64,000 bases of DNA from Terriglobia bacterium. Lineage in GTDB: Bacteria > Acidobacteriota > Terriglobia > 20CM-2-55-15. Positions 9,801-19,535 of this stretch are shown in pieces. The notes below the pieces were generated by a model. The model saw only the letters and a list, made by a program, of their open reading frames with translations, did not search any database and was not told the origin of the DNA. The position numbers and the translations under genes are program-made. Location of the stretch: the NCBI GenBank assembly GCA_965198225.1, contig CBDAOY010000006.1:480001-544000 (forward strand). Direction: 5' to 3'. Numbering within the stretch: position 1 is the first letter of the stretch; every line of letters starts with the position of its first letter.

Positions 9801-11295
9801 CCCCTATATTTCACGGATAGGACCAGAAAAGGCCGCCCTGTTTGGCATAAAGCGTTTGACGAGAAACGTTTAAAAACCCAAACGGAGACGGCCCTTATGA
9901 GAACAGAGTGTAAGCAAGCCACGTTCGAATTTCACGGACTTTTTCAACGGAAAGTGAAGGCGCGATTCGACGGCGGAAAGATCACCTCCGACGCGGGTGT
10001 TCTGCTGTTGAGGGAAGTCGAGAAGCGGACGGGTTTGATCGCCGGACTGGAGCAGTGTTTTACCGATCACCGGGACCCGAGGTTGATCGAACACAGCGTG
10101 AAGGAGTTGTTGGGCCAGCGGATTTATGGACTGTGCTTGGGCTATGAGGACCTGAACGACCACGACCAGCTACGGACCGATCCGATGCTGGCCGTGGCGG
10201 TGGAGAAGGCCGATCCACTGGGAAAAAACCGGCGGCAGGCCGGAGACCGGGGAAAGGCGTTGGCAGGCAAGTGCACGCTGAACCGGTTGGAACTGACCGC
10301 AGAGCAGGTCGATGGCCAGGAGCGGTACAAGAAGATCGCCATGGATGGCGACAAGATCGACCGGTGGATGGTCGACGCGTTTATCGCGGCCCACGAATCG
10401 GAGCCCTCTGAGATCGTTCTGGACCTGGATGCCACCGACGATACGATCCATGGCAACCAGGAAGGACGGTTCTTTCACGGCTACTACGGCAACTACTGCT
10501 ACCTGCCGTTGTACATCTTCTCGGGAGAACATCTGCTGTGCGCCCGGCTCCGGCGTTCCAACATTGACGGGGCCGACGGAGCGGTGGATGAGTTAGAGCG
10601 CATCGTCGGTCAGATCCGACAGGTGTGGCCCACAGTATCGATCATCATCCGGGCCGACTCGGGCTTTTGCAGGGATGAACTGCTCGCCTGGTGTGAATCC
10701 CATCCGGTCGATTATGTGATCGGGTTGGCCAAGAACAGTCGTCTCAAGCAAGAAATCGCTGAAGAAATGGTTCAGGCGGAAGCGGAGTTTAACGCCACCG
10801 GGAAACCGGCGCGGGTGTTTAAGGATTTCCAGTACCGGACTCTAAACAGCTGGACCCGCGCGCGACGCGTCGTCGGCAAGGCGGAGTTCCTGGACAAGGG
10901 CGCCAATCCCCGATTATCGTGTGCCGCCGGAACGCTTCCAAGCCCGCGCTTTGTATGAGGACTTCTACTGCGCGCGGGGCGACATGGAGAACCGTATCAA
11001 GGAACAGCAGTTGGACCTATTTGCGGACCGGACCAGCGCGGCGACCATGCGCGCCAATCAGCTCCGGCTCTATCTCTCCTCAGCTGCGTACATGCTCATG
11101 CATGCCCTGCGACGCCTCGGGCTCAAACGCGATGGCCCATGCCCAGTGCGGGACCATCCGCTGAAGCTTCTCAAAACGGCCCGAATCCGCCTGACGGTCC
11201 GCAACGTCTGGATCTCGATGTCGGAGGGAAACCTTCGCCCTTATCATGCGGACAGGATTCCGCTTCGTTGCTGACGACACGCGAAAAACTCATCA
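9801..11295 (+). mobile_element. IS1380-family insertion sequence, right end degraded
   Basis: Begins CCCCTATATTTCAC right after the repeat; encodes an IS1380 transposase; no matching right IR seen. Confidence 0.85.
9897..11274 (+). pseudogene. IS1380-family DDE transposase, frameshifted near 10920 and degenerate at the 3' end
   Basis: FDGGKITSDAG, GYEDLNDHD, LDLDATDD..HGNQEGRFFHGYY, IIRADSGF in ORF 9897-10958; YCARGDMENRIKEQQLDLFADRTS continues in ORF 10921-11274. Confidence 0.9.
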
Positions 11296-11525
11296 TTCGC
11301 CGTCGCCCGATGGGATGACTGACGCACCGGGAGTTTGACCGAACAGGAAGGGCACTAAAACGATACTCCGGTCCGATGGACATCCGCAAGGGGACGCGGG
11401 ACCTTGAGAGACGTCATCCCCCATCTAATTCGCTTGAAATCCACTCCCGGCGGCCCTATGGTCGGTTCAATTCACTCACGGCAAAAGCGAGAGACCAGAC
11501 AGTTCACCTCAAGCAGGAGGACATC

Positions 11526-12194
11526 ATGGCCAGCAAGACGGATGGGACAGGACGTGGCGGCGACGAGCGCGGTATTTCACGACGCGAACTGCTGAAGCGT
11601 GCCGGGTTTGTCGGAGCGGCGGTGGCCTTTCCCGTTCCGGCGCTCACCCCGGGAGCAGCATCGGAGCAGGAGCGGGAACCGTTCGAGACGCTTACTGCCG
11701 CTGAGTCCGACACGCTGGAAGCGATGGTGGCGCGACTGATCCCCACAGACGACAATGGACCGGGGGCCGCCGAAGCCCGTGCGGCGCACTACATCGATCG
11801 CGCGCTGACCGGCCCCCTCGCGTCTTCACGCGACGCTTACTCGGCAGGTCTCGAGGCGGTCAACACTTACGCCCGAACCTCGAGGGGCGCTCCGTTCCGA
11901 GAGCTACAGGCCGAGGACCAGGATGCGGTCCTGACCGACATGGAGACCGGCGTCGCCACCGGCTTTAGGCCCGACTCGTCGCAATTCTTCGACCTGCTTC
12001 GGACACACACCATCCAGGGCACGTTCTGCGATCCCTACTATGGGGGAAACGCAAATTTCGTCGGCTGGGATCTCATCGACTACCCGGGCGTGAGAACCGC
12101 AGTATCCGCGGATCAGCAGCGCCTGGATACTGACCTCGAGCCGAACCACAGATCGGCGTACGACTACCGAATGTTTACCAAGAGGGGCAGGTGA
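11526..12194 (+). CDS. Gluconate 2-dehydrogenase subunit 3 (gamma) family protein, Tat-exported
   Basis: AGGAGG RBS; SRRELLK Tat motif; RLIPTDDNGPGA, YIDRAL, FCDPYYGGN..GWDLIDYPG. Confidence 0.9.
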   Translation: MASKTDGTGRGGDERGISRRELLKRAGFVGAAVAFPVPALTPGAASEQEREPFETLTAAESDTLEAMVARLIPTDDNGPGAAEARAAHYIDRALTGPLASSRDAYSAGLEAVNTYARTSRGAPFRELQAEDQDAVLTDMETGVATGFRPDSSQFFDLLRTHTIQGTFCDPYYGGNANFVGWDLIDYPGVRTAVSADQQRLDTDLEPNHRSAYDYRMFTKRGR

Positions 12195-12197
12195 GCC

Positions 12198-13904
12198 ATG
12201 GCCGTCACACAGGAAAAAACAGACGTCGTCATCGTCGGACTCGGGGCCGTCGGAGGTGTGGCAGCCCTTCCGCTCACGCAGGCCGGGCTGGATGTGATCG
12301 GTCTCGAGGCGGGGACCTGGCTCAGCACGCGCGATTTCGCTCCGGACGAACTACGGAACAACGTGCGCGGGTGGCCTCAGTCGGCACAGAAGGCGAATCG
12401 TGAGATACCCACTCACAGGCGGAGCGCCGCGGCGCCGTACTCGCCCCGCCAATCGGTGCATCCGATGATGAACGCAGTCGGTGGCACCTCGCTCCACTAC
12501 TGGGGGCAGAGCTGGCGCCTCAACCCGTGGGACTTCAAGGTCGTCAGCGAAACGACCCGGCGCTACGGGGCTTCGCGAATCCCCGCCGGCTCGACCGTAG
12601 AGGACTGGCCGTTCGGACTGGAGGAGCTCGAGCCCTACTACGACAAGGCGGAGTATGAGGTCGGAGTTTCCGGTCAGGCCGGAAACCTCAACGGGACGAT
12701 CGACCGGCGCGGCAACATTTTCGAGGGGTCGCGCAGCCGTGAATACCCCATGCCTCCCCTCCGGAGTACGGGGTTCACCGAGGGGATGGGGGCGGCGGCC
12801 CGGAGGCTTGGATGGGATCCGTTCCCGGGGCCAGCGGCGATCAACAGTCAGAGATATCAGAACCGATCCGGGTGTGTGTACCACGGGTTCTGTAGCCGCG
12901 GCGGCTGCCACGTGGATGCGAAGAGTTCGACGGCGGTGTCCACGATCCCGAAGGCAATAGAAACAGGGCGTCTGACGGTCGTCACACAGGCGCACACGAC
13001 CACGATCGAGGTCGACGCCGACGGTCGCGCCACCGGTGTGAACTACATCAAGAACGGTGAGGAATACTTCCAGCCGGCGGATGTCGTATTGCTCGCCAGC
13101 TACGTATACGAGAACGTGCGCATGCTCCTGCTCTCGAAGTCGGACCCGTATCCGAACGGCCTGGGCAACAACCGCGGCCAGGTCGGTCGGCACTACCTCA
13201 GCCACAACACCGGCGCAGGCGTAACCGCCCTGTTTCCGTTCGATCTGAACAACTGGTACGGCACTCCCTCACAGGGTGTCGCCATCGACAACTGGGCCGA
13301 CGACAACTTCGACCACGGCGATCTCGACTTCATCGGCGGCGGAAACCTCTGGGTCTACACCGAGCGACGGCCGATAACGGCCGCGAGCATGAGCACGTTC
13401 GGCAGGGCGCCACGGTGGGGCTCCGCCTGGAAGGCCTTCATCAAGGAAAACGCCGACCGTTGGACGCGCACCTATATCCAGAAGACGACGCTGCCGTACG
13501 AAGACAACTACCTGGACCTGGATCCGACGGTGAAGGACCCTCTCGGCTTTCCCGTGTGCCGGATCACAGCAGACTTCAAGGAAAACGAAAAGAAGGTCGC
13601 GGTATTCACTCAGGACAAGATGGTCGAGTGGTTCATGGCGGCAGGCGCGATCGACACGCTGCGAGGCGGGATCGGCACGATGGGGCCGACGACCCACGCT
13701 TACGGCGGTACCCGCATGGGAGACAACCCGGACACGAACGTCGTCGACCGGTGGGGCTTCTCTCACGAGGCGCCGAACCTGGGCGTCCTTGGCGCCTCGC
13801 TCATGGGCACGAGCGGCGCCCGCAACCCCACGCTGACAGCCCAGGCCCTGGCGTGGCGAACGGCCGAGCACCTGGCCGAGAACTGGAAGACCATCGCCGA
13901 ATGA
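12198..13904 (+). CDS. GMC-family FAD oxidoreductase (gluconate 2-dehydrogenase alpha-like)
   Basis: DVVIVGLGAVGG dinucleotide fold; VGGTSLHY; CVYHGFCSRGGC; THAYGGTRMG; NPTLTAQALA. Confidence 0.92.
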   Translation: MAVTQEKTDVVIVGLGAVGGVAALPLTQAGLDVIGLEAGTWLSTRDFAPDELRNNVRGWPQSAQKANREIPTHRRSAAAPYSPRQSVHPMMNAVGGTSLHYWGQSWRLNPWDFKVVSETTRRYGASRIPAGSTVEDWPFGLEELEPYYDKAEYEVGVSGQAGNLNGTIDRRGNIFEGSRSREYPMPPLRSTGFTEGMGAAARRLGWDPFPGPAAINSQRYQNRSGCVYHGFCSRGGCHVDAKSSTAVSTIPKAIETGRLTVVTQAHTTTIEVDADGRATGVNYIKNGEEYFQPADVVLLASYVYENVRMLLLSKSDPYPNGLGNNRGQVGRHYLSHNTGAGVTALFPFDLNNWYGTPSQGVAIDNWADDNFDHGDLDFIGGGNLWVYTERRPITAASMSTFGRAPRWGSAWKAFIKENADRWTRTYIQKTTLPYEDNYLDLDPTVKDPLGFPVCRITADFKENEKKVAVFTQDKMVEWFMAAGAIDTLRGGIGTMGPTTHAYGGTRMGDNPDTNVVDRWGFSHEAPNLGVLGASLMGTSGARNPTLTAQALAWRTAEHLAENWKTIAE

Positions 13905-13966
13905 AGACGGGCGATCGGCTGTTTCCGAAGACCCCGGTCCGTCATTTAGGTTGAACCGTCGGTCTT

Positions 13967-15013
13967 GTGAGGACCATAATTCGCGACATGTTTACGGGTT
14001 CCTCATGCGTCTACCGCCCTGCTCGACTTCCGGTCTGGCTCTTTTTCCTCGCGGCGATGCTTCTGCTCGTCAGTTGCGGAGAGAATTCCTCAGAGAGCGG
14101 CGTCATCGAGCTTCAGATCGGAACCGTCACCGCACCCGGATCGCTGGTTTCCGCAAGTTCCGAGGAGTTTGCCCGGCGGATCAACGAACGCCTCGAGGGC
14201 CGCGTCCGCGTGGAGTTCTTTGGATCCAGCCAACTGGGTAACGACGAAGTTCTGGTCCAGAAACTGAAGCTGGGAACGCTCGACTTCGCCGTCCCGTCGA
14301 CGATCATGTCTTCGCTGGTCGACGAATTCGGGTTGTTCGAGATGCCGTACCTGGTTCGGGATCGGGATCACATGCGACGCATCGGCGAGGAGATCTTCTG
14401 GCCGTCGCTGGCCCCCGCGGCCGAGGTAGCAGGTTACCGGGTCCTCGGGCTATGGGAGAACGGGTTCCGGCATATCACCAACAACACGCGCCCCATCTAC
14501 ACGCCCGAGGATCTCAGCGGGATCAAGCTGCGAACGCCGCGAGGGGAGTGGCGGTTCAAGCTGTTCCGGGTGTTTGGAGCCAACCCGACGCCGATGCCGC
14601 TGGCGGAGGTGTTCGTTGCCCTTCAGACCGGCGTGATCGACGGTCAGGAGAATCCGTTCGCACAGCTGGCAAGCCTCAAGTTCCACGAGGTCCAGGACTA
14701 CCTGTCGCTGACCGGTCATGTCTACAGCCCGTCGTATCTCCTGACAGGGGTGAACCGCTGGAACCGCCTGCCCGTCGATATCCGCGGGGTGATCGAGCAG
14801 ACGGCGAGAGAGATGCAGGATTTCGTCTACTCCGAGGCCGAACGTATGGACCGCGAGCTCCTGGAGGAGCTGCGGGGATCCGGTATCCAGATCAATGAGG
14901 CCGACCGCGACCGATTCCTCGAGGCCAGCGGTCCGATATACGAAGAATTCGGGAACGCGGTGTCGGGCGGGGCCGACTTGATCCAGACGGCGATCCGACT
15001 CACCAACCCGTGA
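13967..15013 (+). CDS. dctP: TRAP transporter substrate-binding protein (DctP family), lipoprotein-like
   Basis: LLVSC lipobox; SSQLG; WENGFRHIT; GIKLR; ALQTGVIDGQENP; start codon uncertain. Confidence 0.9.
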   Translation: MRTIIRDMFTGSSCVYRPARLPVWLFFLAAMLLLVSCGENSSESGVIELQIGTVTAPGSLVSASSEEFARRINERLEGRVRVEFFGSSQLGNDEVLVQKLKLGTLDFAVPSTIMSSLVDEFGLFEMPYLVRDRDHMRRIGEEIFWPSLAPAAEVAGYRVLGLWENGFRHITNNTRPIYTPEDLSGIKLRTPRGEWRFKLFRVFGANPTPMPLAEVFVALQTGVIDGQENPFAQLASLKFHEVQDYLSLTGHVYSPSYLLTGVNRWNRLPVDIRGVIEQTAREMQDFVYSEAERMDRELLEELRGSGIQINEADRDRFLEASGPIYEEFGNAVSGGADLIQTAIRLTNP

Positions 15014-15088
15014 GAGCCACGGCTGCCAGGCCGCATCGGACACCGCACCGAGGTGGTATACTGACCGCCAAAGAGGAGAATTCCGCCA

Positions 15089-15937
15089 GTGCAGATCGAC
15101 CACAAAAAATGTGTGGCCTGTGCCAACTGCGTCCCCGTGTGCCCGATGGGTGCGATCCATGTGGACGCCACGATCAACCGCGCCACCATCGACTATGACG
15201 AGTGCGTCGAGTGTGGGACCTGCTACCGCGGGATGAGCCAGGAACACCTGAACCCGACCATGGTTCGGGCCGTTCGGGGACTGGCCAAGATGTTCCGATT
15301 CCGTTTCGATCCGGAGCCCGACGTTTGCCCGACCGGCGCGTTCGTGATGGAAGATCTGGAATGGCCCCGTATCGCCCGTCGGGTGTTCAGCGATCCTCTC
15401 GTCGAACACAAGTCCACGGGAATCACGGGCCGCGGCACGGAAGAGGTCAAGACGAACGACGTGGCCCACCGCGTCGGTGTCGGCGAAGTGGGATACGTGA
15501 TCGAGTTTGGGCGGCCCGGAACCGGCGTCCGATTCCACCAGATACAGTCGATGACGATGGCGCTCGCCGGCATCAGAGTCACCTTCGAACCGAACAACCC
15601 GATCACGCATCTGATGACCGACAAAGGCGTCGGCACGCTCAAGGAAGATCTGCTGAACGAAAAGATCCTGTCGGCGATCGTCGAAATCAAGACGCCGCTG
15701 GCGGAGGTGAAGAGAGTGCTCGACACCGTCATGGACGTGTCGAAGCAGATCGATACCGTCATCGCGATCGGAGTCTCGACGCGCTGTGACGATGCGGGAG
15801 AGGATCCGCTGCTGGCATCGTTGCTCGACGAGCTGGGCTACTCGTTCGAGCGCTCCAAGACCAACATGGGCCTGGGCCGCGTCACGAATGTCGCCGAGGA
15901 GGGCACGGGTGACGAACACCTTGCATCGGTACGGTAA
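15089..15937 (+). CDS. 2x[4Fe-4S] ferredoxin-domain protein with an uncharacterised C-terminal domain
   Basis: GAGGAG RBS; CVACANCVPVCP and CVECGTC...VCPTGA; GRGTEEVKTNDV motif. Confidence 0.85.
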   Translation: MQIDHKKCVACANCVPVCPMGAIHVDATINRATIDYDECVECGTCYRGMSQEHLNPTMVRAVRGLAKMFRFRFDPEPDVCPTGAFVMEDLEWPRIARRVFSDPLVEHKSTGITGRGTEEVKTNDVAHRVGVGEVGYVIEFGRPGTGVRFHQIQSMTMALAGIRVTFEPNNPITHLMTDKGVGTLKEDLLNEKILSAIVEIKTPLAEVKRVLDTVMDVSKQIDTVIAIGVSTRCDDAGEDPLLASLLDELGYSFERSKTNMGLGRVTNVAEEGTGDEHLASVR

Positions 15938-16580
15938 GGCCGAGGCTTTCCGCGACGACTACATCATCTTCGCCATACCATCGAAGGGCAAGAATGATCA
16001 GGGCGCGCTCGATAAGCTCAGGACCTTCCTCAGGATCTGTGTCCGGCATCAGCCTTCCAACATCGGCGCCTCGGGGAAGAGCAGCTTTCGCCCCTCGCCC
16101 AACCTCAACCCTTCCGTCCACTGGAAGCGGGACCTGCAGCCGGATTTCGACGTTGTCATCGACGGCGTGAAACGGGCCGGAACCGTAGGAGCCGTGTTTG
16201 ATTCGCGCGACAAGGCCGTGGCCTGTCTCCGCGAGGTCATTGACGCCGACCTTGGCTTGTCAGTCAACATCAGCACGTCAGTGGAAGGCGCGAAGGATGT
16301 CGGCCAGGCATGCGGGGTCCCGCGGCACAGCGTCGAGTACTCGCTGGGTTTCACCGATCCGCACGACCACCTGCCCCGAAGCCGGATTCTCGAACTCGCC
16401 ACGATGTGCGGCCATGGCATGATCTCGTTCCACCTGGTCCAGAAGATGGTCGACATGGTTCGGGAGGGCCGTCGTACACCGGCGCAGGCCGTGGCGACGC
16501 TGACCCGCTTCTGCCCTTGCGGCGTCTACAATCCGTCCCGCGCTTTGCGGCTTTTGGAAGAGAGTCATACGCAGCAGTAG
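15909..16580 (+). CDS. Uncharacterised Cys/His-motif protein, coupled to the ferredoxin
   Basis: GAGGAGGG RBS then GTG inside the upstream gene; HSVEYSLG, TMCGHG, RFCPCGVYNP motifs. Confidence 0.8.
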   Translation: MTNTLHRYGKAEAFRDDYIIFAIPSKGKNDQGALDKLRTFLRICVRHQPSNIGASGKSSFRPSPNLNPSVHWKRDLQPDFDVVIDGVKRAGTVGAVFDSRDKAVACLREVIDADLGLSVNISTSVEGAKDVGQACGVPRHSVEYSLGFTDPHDHLPRSRILELATMCGHGMISFHLVQKMVDMVREGRRTPAQAVATLTRFCPCGVYNPSRALRLLEESHTQQ

Positions 16581-16645
16581 GCCGCTGTCATTGGTTTATA
16601 GTCCGTCAAGTAATCGTCCCTGTCACTTTCGAGTTGTCGCTCGTC

Positions 16646-17239
16646 TACACGACGACTGAAGCTGAAAACGTGGTCAACCATCCTGTCCGGCGTCGGATCG
16701 TGATGCTTCTCATGATGGTAGGCAACGTCGGAATCGTCACAACGGTTGCTTCACTTCTGATGTCCTCCACCGGAGCTGCGGGGCCGGCTGCGTGGTTCCC
16801 GCGCTTGACGACGTTGTTGGCGGGACTCGGGACGCTCTACCTCGCAACGAAGATCCCGGTGGTCGACCGGGGCATCCATCGTTTCATCGAGTTCCTGCTC
16901 CGGAGGTTCAATTCGCTCCATCCCCGAGACTATGCTCGGCTGGTTTCATTGCCCGGCGATTACGGGGTAACGGAACTGCAAGTTCAGGCAGAGGATTGGC
17001 TGGCAAAACGAACGCTGGGTGACGCCGATCTCCACCGAGAAGGACTTCTCGTGCTGGGCACACCGGGTTGGCGGTGACTACGAGGGATTGCCCAGGCTGC
17101 CACGCGGATCTTTCCACACGATCGCTTGATCATCTACGGCCGCTCCGGCCAGCTGGGAGACTTGGATTGCCGATGCGCAGGAGAGGAGGGCGACAGGCGA
17201 CATGCGGTGGCCTGCGGCCGGACCGGAGAATCAAGTTGA
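16646..17239 (+). pseudogene. TrkA-C (RCK_C) domain membrane protein remnant
   Basis: TTTEAENVVNHPVRRRIVMLLMMVGNVG without a 5' end; WLAKRTLGDADLHREGLLVLG; stop at 17075-17077 within a frameshifted patch, then DRLIIYGR. Confidence 0.75.
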
Positions 17240-17283
17240 TTGGTGGATTCGATCACGAGAGCACATGGGTCTTCGACGAAAGC

Positions 17284-17421
17284 GTGCGGTCATAGACCGC
17301 ACCTACACTTCCCCTCAGATCTCAACTCAACCCTGCCGCCACATCTTCCGTCTTGTGTAGGTGCGCTCTATGAGCGCACGACGCTTCGGCTCGAGGAATG
17401 TCCGGTCACAGAACCGCACCC
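17284..17421. repeat. GTAG-type REP cluster
   Basis: GTGCGGTCATAGACCGCACCTAC (17284-17306, identical to 1332-1354), GTAGGTGCGCTCTATGAGCGCAC (17357-17379), plus a degenerate partner near 17400-17421. Confidence 0.8.
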
Positions 17422-17510
17422 CATTCCTGATTGCTTTGCCCCATCGCGTTAGGTAGTCTGTCTCCAAATTCTTTCCACCCGGTGACAGGGCGGTTTCTCC
17501 TGAGGAGGTA

Positions 17511-19460
17511 GTGACTATGAAACGCCACTCCAGAGCAGGCTACGGCCGGTCTGTGACGCTGTGCGGCGTCTGGCTGCTGGTGTCCGCCTCCATGCTCGTC
17601 GGCTTCCAGGCTTCAGCGCCGAAACAAGCTGATTCCTCTTACGACGTCATTCTGTTTGCGAAAGATGTCATGGTCCCGATGCGGGACGGTGTCCGACTGG
17701 CGACCGACGTCTATCGTCCTGCCCGCAACGGTGAGCCGGTTGAAGAAAAACTCCCAATCCTCCTGCAGCGGACGCCGTACAACAAGGAAGGCCGCGGGCT
17801 CGTCGAGAGTGCCCGATACTTCGTCCACCAGGGCTACGTGGTCGCGCTGCAGGACATCCGCGGTCGGTACAAATCCGAGGGGAGCTTCAGCAAGTACGCC
17901 TACGTCACCGCGCCCGACGGGTACGACACTCTAGGGTGGCTGGGAGCGCTTGCCTACGCCGATGGCCAGGTCGGCATGTGGGGCACATCCTACGGCGCAC
18001 ACACCCAGGCCGATGCCGCCAAGACGAATCCACCCAACCTCCGGACCGTCCTGCTCAACTTCGGAGGCCTCCACAACGGATGGGAGATCAAGGTCCGCAA
18101 CCACGGTGCCTTCGAGCTGGGACAGCAACTCGGCTGGGCTTTCGGCCAGGTCGCGGCGGGATCAGAGGATCCAGTGGTCCTCGAGATGATGGAAGCCGAG
18201 CCAGTAGAGAAATGGTTTGCCGCTATGCCGCTCCGCAAAGGGCTCAATCCGCTTTCGGTGGCGCCCGAGTTCGAGAGCTACGTCCTGGAGATGCTGACGC
18301 ACGGGGACTATGACGAATACTGGCGGGGTTTAGGTGTCAACTGGAGCGAGCACTATGCCGGAACTGCCGACATCCCGATGCTGCACGTCGGCGGCTGGTA
18401 CGACACCTATGCCGGGAGCACGTTCAAGAATTACGCGGGCCTCGCAAAGGCCAAGCAATCCCCGATACGACTGCTCGTAGGCCCCTGGGTCCACGGCGGC
18501 AATGCTCGCTCTAACGCGGGCGACGTCGAGTTCGGACCCGAAGCGGCAATCAACGATTTCGCCCGCGAGTTTCATTTGCGCTGGTTCGACCACTACTTGA
18601 AAGCCGCCCCGACAGGTGTCGGCGAGTGGCCGGCGATCAAGCTCTTCGTTATGGGAACAGGGGACGGCCACAAGGACGCGAACGGCAGGCTCTACCACGG
18701 TGGGTACTGGCGCGAGGAAACCTCATGGCCCCTGCCCGATACCGAGTTCGTAAAGTATTACTTCCACGCCGACGGAAGCCTGAATGCGGCGGGGCCGGTC
18801 GCGGATGTTTCGCCGACAACGTATCCTTACGATCCCGACGACCCCGTGCCGACAATCGGCGGGTCGTTTTCCGGCGCCCTGAAGAGGGGCGCCTACGACC
18901 AGCGCGAAAGAGAATTCAAGAGCCTCGGAGGTGGATCCGAGAACGGGTTCTACGGATCGAAACCGCCGTATTTACCGCTCAAGACCCGGTCCGATGTCGT
19001 GGTCTTTCAGACCGAACCGCTGGCAGAGGACGTCGAAGTGGTCGGCCCGATCCGCGTGACACTTTTCGCCGCGTCGACCGCGCTGGACACGGATTTCACG
19101 GCCAAGCTGATCGATGTCTACCCACCCAGCCGGGACTTCCCGTCCGGATTCGACATGAACCTCACCGACGGCATCGTTCGGGCCCGTTACCGGAATTCTC
19201 CCGAACGCCAGGAGCTCATGACGCCCGGTCAGATCTACGAGTTCGTTATCGAGCCGTTCCCGACAGGGAACGTCTTCAAGAAAGGACACCGGATCAGGAT
19301 CGACATCTCGAGCAGCAACTTTCCCCGCTTCGACGTGAACCCGAATACCGGGGAGCCGCTGGGCAAGCACAGGCGCATGATTGTGGCCGACAACTCGATC
19401 TATCACGATGCCGCTCACCCTTCCCACATCGTGCTTCCGATCGTGCCGGCTGGACGGTGA
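17511..19460 (+). CDS. CocE/NonD family hydrolase (S15-like)
   Basis: VPMRDGVRLATDVYRP, RTPY, QDIRGRYKSEG, GTSYGA nucleophile, GGWYD, GPWVH, SSSNFPRFDVNPNTG. Confidence 0.93.
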   Translation: MTMKRHSRAGYGRSVTLCGVWLLVSASMLVGFQASAPKQADSSYDVILFAKDVMVPMRDGVRLATDVYRPARNGEPVEEKLPILLQRTPYNKEGRGLVESARYFVHQGYVVALQDIRGRYKSEGSFSKYAYVTAPDGYDTLGWLGALAYADGQVGMWGTSYGAHTQADAAKTNPPNLRTVLLNFGGLHNGWEIKVRNHGAFELGQQLGWAFGQVAAGSEDPVVLEMMEAEPVEKWFAAMPLRKGLNPLSVAPEFESYVLEMLTHGDYDEYWRGLGVNWSEHYAGTADIPMLHVGGWYDTYAGSTFKNYAGLAKAKQSPIRLLVGPWVHGGNARSNAGDVEFGPEAAINDFAREFHLRWFDHYLKAAPTGVGEWPAIKLFVMGTGDGHKDANGRLYHGGYWREETSWPLPDTEFVKYYFHADGSLNAAGPVADVSPTTYPYDPDDPVPTIGGSFSGALKRGAYDQREREFKSLGGGSENGFYGSKPPYLPLKTRSDVVVFQTEPLAEDVEVVGPIRVTLFAASTALDTDFTAKLIDVYPPSRDFPSGFDMNLTDGIVRARYRNSPERQELMTPGQIYEFVIEPFPTGNVFKKGHRIRIDISSSNFPRFDVNPNTGEPLGKHRRMIVADNSIYHDAAHPSHIVLPIVPAGR

Positions 19461-19535
19461 ACTGACGGTTGGGACGAATTCCAAGGGTGGTCCGACCGCG
19501 ACCCGGGGGAGTCCGGGAGCAATCAGGAGTCTTCT

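Noticed and set aside
11351-11445. Possible attI upstream of intI (GCACTAAAAC; CATCTAATTCGCTTGAAAT)
   Set aside because: L-box-like CTAA is present but there is no GTTRRRY core at the right spacing.
14450-15919. 489-aa minus-strand ORF and similar long antisense ORFs across the window
   Set aside because: They overlap well-supported genes on the other strand, as expected in GC-rich DNA.
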